Assembly: GCA_965644495.1 (NCBI GenBank)
Contig: CBFFSA010000009.1
Location: 620,001 to 684,000, forward strand
Source of the DNA: Perkinsela sp. CCAP 1560/9
Taxonomy: Eukaryota > Protista > Euglenozoa: Kinetoplastea
Direction of reading: 5' to 3'
DNA length: 64,000 bases
Shown here: positions 48,073 through 58,900 of the stretch, piece after piece
Layout of the letters: each line of letters begins with the position of its first letter
Position numbering within the stretch: position 1 is the stretch's first letter
Position numbers and translations under genes: made by a program
Notes under the pieces: generated by a model
Told to the model about the DNA's origin: nothing
What the model saw: the letters and a program-made list of their open reading frames with translations, nothing else
Database searches by the model: none

Positions 48073-50430
48073 GTGTACAACACCGTCTCGAAGTGGGGCA
48101 AAGGTACGGAGTGTGTGATTGAGTGGGGTTTTCGACAGCGTGAAGCAAACTACACATCAAAGGGCACTGTCGTTGGTAGAATTGCGCGCAAATCAAATAT
48201 CAAAATAAAAATTTCTTACGAGCCAGCTCCTGGACATGACGGGCCACGTGGTTTCCTTCATCTTCCACAATCGAACAGGATTCGCATATGCAGTCTCCAC
48301 GCTACGAAGTTGATTAAAATCGAGACGGCTACACCAAGTTTAGACGATCATGCGGAGATCATTTCATGTGATGATGAAGAAAGTGATCTGAATCCCCTTC
48401 CGCACATGTCCCAAATAGACCCCTCATTCGCAGTCCACGTAGTAGCAATTTTTCGCGCAATCATACGCGGATATGCGAATGCTGAGCTCGATTCCGAAAA
48501 AGCAGCAATATGGCACAAATTTCTAAATGCTCCACTAGACTCACTTGCCACCGTCCGTGAAATATCCCGAAGAAAGCAACGAGCAGGACATGTGCGTAAG
48601 AGCAACGAGCTCTCCGAAGTTTGCAATCTCAGCGCAGAGCAACGGGCAGAACTAGAGATTGATCGACGCTCAATCCGGAACGCTTTGCAGACAGCGCGAG
48701 CAAGTAATTTAGGGAAAGCTACACGAATTCTCGACAACTTGTACAAGGACCCCTGATGAAAAAGTCAAGAAACTACGCGAGTTGCATCCTGAAGGCAATG
48801 CCATACAAATCCCTGAAGCAGATTTTCCACGTATTGGAATTGTCGAGAAGTCAGAGATTCGCCAAGCAACTGAAAAACTATCCAGAGGAGCCTCACCGGG
48901 ACCAACGGGACTTAGTGAAAGCATGTTGCGACTAATAGTGGATGACGAAGAATCATGCCTTTCACTCTGCCATATGATTCGAGATGTCCTCAATGGCGAT
49001 ATTCCCCTAAGCGTGCGTAAGCGACTCACTCGTTGTAGGATAATTGCGCTGGCAAAGCCCCAGAATGGGATACGACCGATTGCGATGGGAGACACTATTC
49101 TGAAGATCTGCGGTTCCATCGTACTCCAAAGACACGAATGCGCTTTGAAAAAGTTCTTTTCTCCAATTCAACGAGGCATCCTGCAAAAAAAGCGCCTGCG
49201 AATCCATAGTCCACGAACTTTTGAATGAATATGAGGAGGGACATGCATTGCTTACGGTAGACTTTCGGAACGCGTACAACACCCCACAGCGCAACCCTAT
49301 CGCTCAAGCACTCCTAAGAGATCCCATTTTCAAGCCCTTTATGCGCCTATTCTACTTGGAATATGGGATGCCCTCTGAATTGCTGTTCTTCGCCAACAAT
49401 GCGCTACATGCTACCATTAAAAGCTCATCTGGAATTCGTCAAGGTTCTGCACTTTCCTCCATGTACTTTTGTGCTCTTCTACAGGGCCCGCTCAAAGAAG
49501 TCTCGACCCTCTACCCCGAAGTTAAAATTAGAGCGTACCAGGATGACGTGACTCTGAGTCCCAAGAATGCACAATCACTGGAAGCAGCATTTCTGTACTT
49601 GCGAGAGGTTACTGAAGAATTCAACCTGCACATCAACTTCTCGAAGTGCGAGTGGTTCCAGAAGGATGTTCCCAACGCTGACCAGCCACTTCCCTTAGAA
49701 AAGCTGGGCGTAAGCTTTTGCACGGACGCAATCAAGATTTTAGGAGCCTACATTGGAAATGATCAAGTGGTGGAAAACCTGCTCATCAAGAAGATGGAGA
49801 AACATAAATGTCTTTTCCGCCGGCTGCTGCTTATGGGCCCTAGTAATCTCTCACTTGCAATCTTACGCCGTTGTACGATTCCTCGACATGATTATCATTT
49901 AAGAGTACATCGCCCAGGAGCTACATTTCGTTTCGCACAATCGTTTGAGGATCAAGTGAACAAGGTCTTGGAAAAATGGTGTGGCGCAGACGCACAGGCC
50001 CTTAAACTCGCGGCACTTCCACAGAAACTTGGTGGCTTAGGCCTGATTTCCTCGTCTCTAAAGCAAAAATATTTCTTTGAAACCGCTAATAGATCTATTG
50101 AAGAGCAACCTAAACCCAATAACGCTCCGGTAGATCTCAACGGCGGCGACAAAGCTCAGAAGAAAGCACAGAGTCGCGGAGAAGTACGTTTCGGAGAAAG
50201 GCGTTGAAAGTGATTTTTTTCGTTGTCTGGCTGCATCAGATTGCGGCCTCTTACACAATGATACGAAAATGCTGCTGAAGTCACTAGCACAGCGGGCAAA
50301 CCTCAAGTTTGAAAATGTGAAAGAGGCTTTCCAATTGGAAATAGAGAAATTATCTGCATACACGGTGGTTTCTCAGCTCCGAGACTACATTCCCGAGACG
50401 AATTGGGTAGGTGGAATACATCAATAAAGA
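48073..50430 (+). mobile_element. SLACS/CZAR/CRE-like non-LTR retrotransposon (frameshifted; second family)
   Basis: LRELHP, SPGPTG, GIRPIAMG, VDFRNAYN, GIRQGSALS, AYQDDVT, KILGAYIG and LPQKLGGLGL. Confidence 0.88.
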
Positions 50431-50814
50431 TGCACTAAGCCGATTCACAGTACTGCAGAAAACGAAATATCTACGACAAATTGTTTTTAATCAAATATTG
50501 TATGCAATTGTCTTCTAACCCTCCCCACGGAGAGTCGTCGACGCTTATGAAACATGGCACTGCCCGGTACCGAATATAACAAGGTACTAAATAACTAGGG
50601 TGAGTACCTTTATGGTTGCTTTCTTTTGTTTTACTTGAGGTCTGTGCTTGTGCTGTGCGTTTTTTTATCAAAATCGCTCGAATATCCGTTCTGCCTGGTT
50701 ATTGATTGTATCAATGCTTTTTCTCTTCGCACATTCTGCTATATGGATCTGCAGGATTTTCTTTTGATGCAATATACAAATGTATTCTGCCTGTACTGCA
50801 ATCCCTTGATGCTT

Positions 50815-51413
50815 CAATGGCGCCTCATGTACGGCTCTGCGGTGCTTGGAGTAGTTATCCCGAAGTACCATTTCGCCATTAAGGTGACGCAAAGACGGAT
50901 TAACCTCTTAAATCGATTCCCCGGTATCGCAAACAAGGAAGTTGATTTGCCCATGAAAATTCGGGCAAAGCTGGGCGAATGGAGCAACGAATTGGTATAC
51001 AATAGGCCTCGAGAGGCTTTGCCGCACCCGGACTTTGCACCGCACAAAAACAAGCTTTATACCGATGCGTCGGGGAAGGGCTGGGGAGACATATTGTATT
51101 TGGATACCGGTGAAGTATCCATTGTAGTTGGGGGCCCAACTGGCGATGCGAAGTCAACAAGGCTGAGGCGATGGCGGTTCGTCTCTCATTAGAAAAATTT
51201 CAAGCGAAGCTGGAACGAGGGAGCTGCGTCGAACTTTGGATTGACAACACTTCTTGTGAGGCTGCTATTAACCGCAGAATGTGTAAATCAGCCGGCATCG
51301 CTGAGGAGTTAACGAAGGTACTGCAGAGGGCCGAAAAGCGCGGGATCTGCATCCGAGCGCAATACGTTTCAATTAGGGATAATCCTGCTGACCCTATAAG
51401 CAGAGGTGTGTGA
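50815..51413 (+). pseudogene. VIPER/TATE-like RT-RNase H 3' fragment
   Basis: LYTDASGKGWG, WIDNTSC and DNPADPISR. Confidence 0.85.
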
Positions 51414-52031
51414 CCAGTCATCCGCACCTTTTGGTTCTCTCAAAATATTTGATACGAGCGAACGGGCGGTATACGCGTGAGCGGGTTTGGAGGCTGCGGG
51501 GTGTGGAGGGCTATGCCCCTTCACTTCGTACTACATGTATTTATATTCTACAGTACTTTATAGCGCGCAAGGTCTCTTTCTTCATTCTAGAGATATTTAG
51601 GTGCATTAGAACTTCAAACTGATTAATATGAATTATATTTCCATCTTTTTATATTGAATACTTATTCTTTTTATATAGCTTTGACGTTTCATATAATGTT
51701 GCAGTGAGCCCTCGCCGTGAATTTCTAATACTTTACGAGATGAAATTTAGGCGAGGGTCATTTACTTTTATGGGCTGGCCCTTCGGGGCACTTAAGTATA
51801 TGAACTTAAGATTTGGCCCTTTGGGGCACTTTAGTCTATTATATTGTATCCTTATAAATTCTTCTGGTGAAAGTGAAGCATTATTGCGCCAAAAAAAAAT
51901 ATTTTTATTTTTTTCAAATATTGGTTTAAAACAAGTATGTTTTCTTTTAGAGTGTGTCAGATTATTAAAAAATACAAACTTTTTTCTCGGTTTATCATTA
52001 TGAACTGCGCACAACAACACAATTAATTAAG

Positions 52032-52328
52032 TTGTCTGCTAGAAGCCGAACCGTAACGCGCACTGATTGCTGGCGAGCGAGTCGCTCGCTGGGAAACGAC
52101 TTGCGACGTGAGACAGTTAATCATCGACGATCTTTGGTGCACACCAACACTGTTGACCGCATGAATGAGATGCTCAAGAAGTCAGTACGGTCCCGTGGGA
52201 ATGGGGCACTTGGGTGCTTTGATGAAGAAAGAAAAGATCGACCAAAGTTCAGCGGAGAAGTCGTCAATGGTCTGAAGATCGTAAATAGCGAGGGAAATCC
52301 TTTAAAACAGCTGAGCGAAGATCTCTAA
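52032..52328 (+). pseudogene. Merlin/IS1595-like transposase C-terminal remnant
   Basis: TDCWRA...TVNH...VHTNTVD matches the TDxWxxY / VNH / HTNxIE motifs. Confidence 0.65.
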
Positions 52329-52429
52329 TTTGACATCTAGTCGATATACTACTAGTATGACACAGGTGTCACTATGACTACTGTATACAGTGTGTAGGAC
52401 TTATATACACTCTACACCAGTGTAGGACA

Positions 52430-53430
52430 CATCTCGGGCAAAGTTTCGATTTAGAACAAAGTGTGGCGAATTGTTTGAGCTCAAGGTGATGCCTATGGGA
52501 CATCGTTGCGCGCCGGAGGTCATGCATACCATCACGGCAACAATTGCGGGGGATCCGGAATTCTGTCTAGAAAGAGAGGCCTTTGCGGGAAGGTTTAAGG
52601 CGGACGTGTACGTGGATGGATTGCGGTATGCTGGGACGAAGGAACAAGTAGTTCAATATATTGATTTTATTGAGGATAGAGCTCAGAGAGTAGGGGCAAC
52701 ATTTAAAGATTCGGGCGCGGAGCCGATGAAAAATTATGTAATCAATGGGGTGTTCTATTGCCATGAAGGAAAGGTAAAAATGGGACCCAAGATAGTCAAA
52801 AAAATGGCTCGAGATACTTTCCGATATACGACATATGCCAAGTTGGAGTCCGCCGTGGGACGTCTTATACATGCTTCGGCGGTATTAGGGGAACCAATAC
52901 CGGACTATTACTTCCCTTTTAAAGGTTGTAAGACGTAGGGTAAATGCTTTGAATAACAACCCAGATTTGGCAAACTTACGAGTCCCTCTCCCACCTTATA
53001 CGGCTATTACTCTTACGCGGTGGAAGAACCGGTTGATATCTAATGTTCCGATCAAACCTCCGCCGCATCCCGATACGGTTCCTCATTCGCATGTTCTCTT
53101 CACGGATGCATCTTCTACTGGATGGGGAGGTATACTATACTTGGACTATGGTCAGGTGGTGTGTGTAGGCGATCGCTGGGAAGATGATTTCCCGTACGAA
53201 GTCAATCGAGCAGAGACGAGGGACGTTCGTCTTGCGTTCGAACGCTTAGTACATCATTTCAAAACAGATACCTGTGTTGATCTATAGTGGATAATACTTC
53301 ATGTTTGGCTGCGATACGAAAGAAGGCTACACAATCTGACGGTATTAATATAGAACTTAAACAATTATTGAACATAATTCGGAAACAAAGGATTGCAGTG
53401 AAACCACATTACGTATCTACGAAAGAATCC
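52430..53430 (+). pseudogene. VIPER/TATE-like RT-RNase H fragment
   Basis: MPMGHRCAPE, DVYVDG, FTDASSTGWGG and NRAE. Confidence 0.88.
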
Positions 53431-53610
53431 TATAAGCCGTCAATAGAATTTGCCCAGGGGGGATAACAAAAAAAAAATCCCCCCCAACCCCAAAGAAACA
53501 AAAAAAAATCATATTCCCCCCCCAATGGACCTTCATGGTTCATGTATTGGGTAATATAGAGGCAATGCCGCGTTTCATACTTCTCCCCCCTTATTAATCG
53601 CAAAAAAAAA

Positions 53611-53656
53611 GATAAAGATACAGTAACGATAATGATACAGTTTCTGTACCTTGTTG
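53611..53656 (+). other. Relic spliced leader with a partial tandem duplication
   Basis: A9 - GATAAAGATACAGT - AACGATAATGATACAGTTTCTGTACCTTGTTG. Confidence 0.85.
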
Positions 53657-54381
53657 AATTATTTTTTCTCCTTTTCTTTCCTACAACATCTTCCGAACCA
53701 TGGGAGGGCACCCCCCTCAAATTTTCTCTCTATTGTCGGCATCCCCCCTCCCTCTCTCGTCCCATCATTCCCCGGTGTCGTATCCCCCGACCTCTTCCTC
53801 TGCGCGCTCGTTGTTCTTCTGTCTTTCTCTCTTGCGTCCCCCACCCCCGTGCCAGCAGCCCAAATTATACTATACTTGCTCACGGGGTGGGGGCAGACCG
53901 ATTGGGCTGCGGCGTTGTTTCCCCTCGTCTCCGCGTCCGTCCCGCCATGTCTCTCTTTTCGCTTTTCCCCCTTGGCGCGACGGCGTCTTTGCGCTTCGTC
54001 TCCTCCTTGTCTCCCACCCTCGTACAGCAACCTAAAGTATCTGATACTGCTAACGGGGTGGGAGCGGAGGTCACCTCCACGTCTCCCACCCTCGTACAGC
54101 AACACAAAGTATCTTATATTGCTAACGGGGTGGGAGCGGAGGCTCTGGACCGCATGGGCCCCCGCGCGGACGAGTCGGTCAGTGGGGTAGGGCGTAAGTG
54201 GAGGAAGGGAAGGAAGTGTGATGAGGGGCAGGAAGTGGGGGAAGGAAGGAAGTAGGGTGAAAGCTTTTTGGGTGAAGGATTGTAAGTGTGGAGAGTAGGA
54301 AAGTTGGAAAAGTAGATAAAAACATTAGACTCAATACTACTCCCCCCAATTATTTGCAAAAAAAAAGACAAGAAAAAAAGA
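53657..54381 (+). mobile_element. SL-bracketed, A-tailed, apparently non-coding retro-module (SINE-like)
   Basis: Lies between two SL copies, ends in an A-rich tail, contains three related hairpins and has no convincing ORF. Confidence 0.55.
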
Positions 54382-54419
54382 AACTTTAACGATAAAGATA
54401 CAGTTTCTGTACCTTGTTG
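54382..54419 (+). other. Apparently full-length relic spliced-leader exon (38 nt)
   Basis: AACTTTAACGATAAAGATACAGTTTCTGTACCTTGTTG has the AACT start, conserved core and TTG end of the kinetoplastid 39-nt SL. Confidence 0.9.
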
Positions 54420-54447
54420 ACTTATTTTCTTTTTCTTCGTTAACTCC

Positions 54448-55880
54448 ATGGCAGACAGACCTCGCAACGGTTTACTGTTCTGCTCACTCTGCGGCTCGAA
54501 ATTCGAGCCCCTTCTCCCCTCCCATCGGCTGTGTGCAAAGTGCTTCGACACCGCTCGATCTACGTCGCAATCCCAAAGGGACAAACATAAACATCAACCG
54601 CTTGGGCCCGCCAATGGCGGATACAAGCAGAATGCTCTATCTCAGGGTGCAACCCTCTCTCCGGTCCCCGAGTATCCCCCGTGCAATTTTTGCACGAAGC
54701 CTTTCTCTCCCAGGCGACCCTTCCATCGCCTCTGCCCGGAATGTGTCGAGCTCAGGTCACAGCGCCAGGGCTCAGTAAACCCCCTTCCCTCATCCCGTCC
54801 AACCCCCAGGCGGGACCCCACACCAGGGCGCCGAGCTCGTTCGGCTTCCCGATCCCGCACCTCGGACCGCGCCCCCGCGCAGAATCGTCCCTCGGCTAGG
54901 TCGTCGAGCATCCGTCCAGCCGAAGGACCGCGCACGAGATCCCGCTCGCGTGTCTCCTTCGCGCCGAATGTCTCACCTAACTCGTCTGTCGCAAGCATGG
55001 CCAAGACTATGGCTTACCACAGCAATCTACCTCCTCCCAAAGGTACAGAAGGCCTTCAGGCCACCTCAATCCATAACCCCGACAAAGTTCCCTCCCACCA
55101 AGAGCAGCTTGCGACCATCGCCCAAAGAAACGCGGAGGTCCTGGCTGCGGTCTTCAAGCAGGAGCGCACGGACGGTGTGCCACCTGCACTTCGACATGAA
55201 GTGGAGGCACATAGATTTTCGAGCGCTGCCCGGGCCTTGGAGGCCCAATACGTGGGGAAGCGCGATGCCATCTTTGACGAGTGGCTTTCCCTGATGTGTC
55301 ACGACGCTCGTCAAGCACACAGAGAAAAACAACTCGTCGAGGACAAGGCACACCTGTGTCACACGTGTGGCCAAGTTTTCACAGACCAGAGGAAACTCAT
55401 GCAGCATAGAGCCATACACGAGCAGGCTGCAATCAGATCAGCTGCCATTAAACTGTTCCAGGAGCACCGCAAGGGGGTGTCAGAAATACTTAAGCAGCAG
55501 TGGACCTCTTGCGCAGCCGGCCACTCCGCCTGGTTCCAAGAGCTACGGCACATCGCGCTAACCTTCGGCGCCTCCCCCAGGCCTTCTGAAGCCAGGGGCT
55601 GTGACGTTGACGAGCCTCCTCCCCCCAGGGTAGATACCCCTTGGAATGAAAATCTCACCCACCCGGAGGTGAGCAGGTCCGCAGAAACTTGCCCGCCTCC
55701 CGCGCAGGACCCAAGTGACGATCAAACGATGGTGTTCAACCTACATCTAGGCCCTCACGCCGTAGGCAGAATTCAAGTTCCGGTCCCCGCGAACTGCCCC
55801 TTCCAAAGACTTGGCGAAATCATCGGTGCCACGTTGGGGATACCGATGCATCGAATCTGCCTTACGAGTGGGCCTGGTGG
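54448..55880 (+). CDS. Zinc-finger-rich ORF, probably the 5' part of a retroelement, truncated by the downstream element (the frame reads on to 56094)
   Basis: Two CxxC...HRLCxxC fingers, an RS-rich region and a C2H2 finger CHTC...HRAIH. Starts 28 nt after an SL. Confidence 0.6.
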
Positions 55881-55896
55881 GATACAGTACGAGTGG

Positions 55897-55919
55897 GATA
55901 CAGTTTCTGTACCTTGTTG
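55897..55919 (+). other. 5'-truncated relic spliced leader heading the HERO-like element
   Basis: GATACAGTTTCTGTACCTTGTTG, 27 nt before the ATG at 55947. Confidence 0.85.
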
Positions 55920-55946
55920 TTTTATTTCTTTATCGTTTAAATCTAC

Positions 55947-58900
55947 ATGGCGCGACACCGCGCGCAACGATCCCACTCGAATGCGCCGCAGGACCTTACA
56001 CGAGGACCACGCGGCGTTCGCAAGCAAAGCGCAACTCCCACCCATCCTGACGCCTCTTCCAACGAGAACGGAAGTACTCCCGACAATCTGCTAAACGTCA
56101 CGCAAACCGAGCATGTGACTGGCAATTCGGCGAATACCACCGCATCGTCCCCAGCGGAACCCTGTAAGCACAAGTGTCTGAATAAACGTGAATGCTTACA
56201 CTTGTGCTGCAAGCGTCACTTAACTGCGCAAAGTATAACGGATAGCGACACCGTAACATCACATACCGTTATGTCAAAGAAACGAAGGAATTTTGAAGTC
56301 TCCCCGCTTGCCATGGCCCGATCAATTATACTAGTATTCAGAACTCTCTACAACATGCGGAATATTGGCATCATCATATCTAACGTCTTCAGATGGATAT
56401 CTAGCCTCGCCGTTCACCTCCTAGTAGCACCCATCCGCGCAATCCCGTCACCCAACGCCCTCAATCCTTTCCGTCGAAATGTTGGCACACAAAGTATCAC
56501 GACAAAACCGTGTAGGCACATCTGTCTGAACAAAGTCACCTGCAAACACCCTTGTTGCAAACGTCATATACGACACTCCCAGAAGAAAGTCATAAATATG
56601 GTGCCAACAAACAATGGACCCTTTGGTCACGTACTACTAGTCATCACAAGGAACACTCAAACCCTATTGTCCCTATTAACAGGTTGGCTTTCTGAAGCAG
56701 CAAACCCATTACACATTGTCCAATGTATGAACATGGTATATGTGTGCACAGGTAGTACCATCAGGTTCATTACTTCTTCTTGCAGAAAAACGTATGACAT
56801 TTTCCGATCGCCTCTGCTTTTACTGCCCCGGATACGAATAATGCACGAGAAATTTTGTTCAAACGTCGCACGGTTGAAAAAGCAACCACTGAGCATGACC
56901 GCTCTTGACATCATGAAACTTGCACAACGAATAATTCTCTGGTATATCAGGCTTTTCTATATACAAGTAGACACTATGCCACAAAATGACGGAAAACCAG
57001 AACCCGCAACCACAAGCCCCACGAAACTATGCACATCATCCCAGCCATTCACGACTGCAGTCGAGAAAGAAAGCAATCCCTATTTACCAGCAAACCCAAC
57101 AGTCACGCTTAACCACAATGAGATGTACGAGGTGAAAAAGCTGACGGAAAAGCAAGAATTAATCATGCCTTGTCCCAGGGAACAGGAAGGAGAAAACGAT
57201 GAAGTCCCTGGCTGGGTATTTCAAAGCAGCGCGACACAGAACAGGGACGAATCCGCACCACCTGACACAAACCATGAACCACGGCAAAAGCAATACCTTC
57301 ACTTTGTCCAGAGCAGAGCCCGCCCCGTGAAAGTGCGAACAGTAGCAAACCTGATCTGGACATACTTTCCAGATATTCGAAGTGCCAGCGAATCTCCTCT
57401 CGTCCGGGCTAGAATAACCTCTCTCCAAGCAGCACAAGCGGCACTCTCGAAAATGTTATCTGGTAAAAGCAACTCTCATGACTTGGTTGTCGAGCCTTCC
57501 ACAACTGAAGAACTCATGGACCACCGCGGATGCGACTACATACATATCGAAGAACAAAATAGTCAACACATCAGTCGGCATGCCAGCTGGACATCCCTTC
57601 TCCAAGATAATACACTTAAACTCAACGAGAAGTATGCAACAGCGGGAGCACTAGGCCGTGCAGTCATGAAGGCGCTTAACGGAATGGATATACCACATCT
57701 CAGACATCTACGCATTACAGTACATCGAAGACTGGAGGAAGCGGAAGAAGTCAGTTACGAACGTATCTCACGCAGAGAAGCATCACCGAGTCGCATTCAA
57801 CAGAACCGTAGTGCACCGACACTGCGCACTGTACAGCCATGCCGCCACACGTGTCGAAACAAACTTGAGTGCGCACACCTATGTTGCAAAGTATTTGGGC
57901 CACCCTATGCACCAGGGAACGAAACCGGTTGTGAATCCCCAACAACAGTACCCAATAACATACATTCCCAAGTTGAACCCTCCACGCCGACAGTGCAATC
58001 TGACGCCTCTCAAAGTCAAAAAGCAGTAGAACTCCTGCAAAAGCACAATGCAATACTTGGCGGGAAGGTTACCATACGACTCAGCGAAGAGCAATGGCGA
58101 CAGGTTGAAGCGAGAGCAAGTGCACGTTGCAACGAACTTCTAAGCGATACAACGGACAGGAAGACAACTATACGTAACGCGGAACTTCTTAGCGCCGCCC
58201 TAGCCGTATCTGCTTACGAAATAGCGACGGAAGCGAATCCGACAAGGGGCTTCCTCATCAGAGCTAGCACCGGACACGCCCGACGAAGGTATCGACCACT
58301 CGCCACGGAGAGAGTCGCACAAGAACTGAAACACCATCTCACAACCTTGAAAATTTCGCTACGCTATACGAGAAGTAGGACGGAACGAGACGAATTACGA
58401 GCACAAATCAAAGAATGTCGAAAGCTAGTCAGGATACGTGAGGAAGAAGCGACGAAACAAAGAGAAGAAATCGATCAGCGCTGGGCCTCCGAGCGATTTT
58501 CCAGAAATCCGTGGACAGCAGCTTCAGAAACGATCGACAAACCTGACGCTAATGAAGTACAGAATACAACTTACCCGACCTGCGACCGGAACACCATAGA
58601 GACATACTTCGAGTCAAGCTTTAAACCCAGTGAAGAACTCTTCCAACTGCCTCCTCCAGATGTACTCGGACCAGGAGCCGCCCAACCCATGCATTGGGAC
58701 CCAATCACGCGAGACGATGTCACAGCAGCCATCAATATGAAACGGAACTCCAGCTCACCCGGTGCAGACACGATCACCAATCTGATTCTTAAGAAATGTC
58801 CATCCATGCATGATCAATTTGCTAAGGTATTCAATAATCTGATGACTTTCTCGACCTGCCCTCCATCATGGAAAACTGCAATCACTAGGCTGATACATAA

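Noticed and set aside
53632-54255. 207-aa ORF with a signal-peptide-like N-terminus
   Set aside because: The start lies inside the SL relic and the hydrophobicity comes from the pyrimidine tract. Several frames are open, as expected for C/T-rich DNA.
53611-55919. SL RNA gene array
   Set aside because: No GT donor, conserved intron or constant repeat unit follows the exon copies, and the downstream sequences differ.
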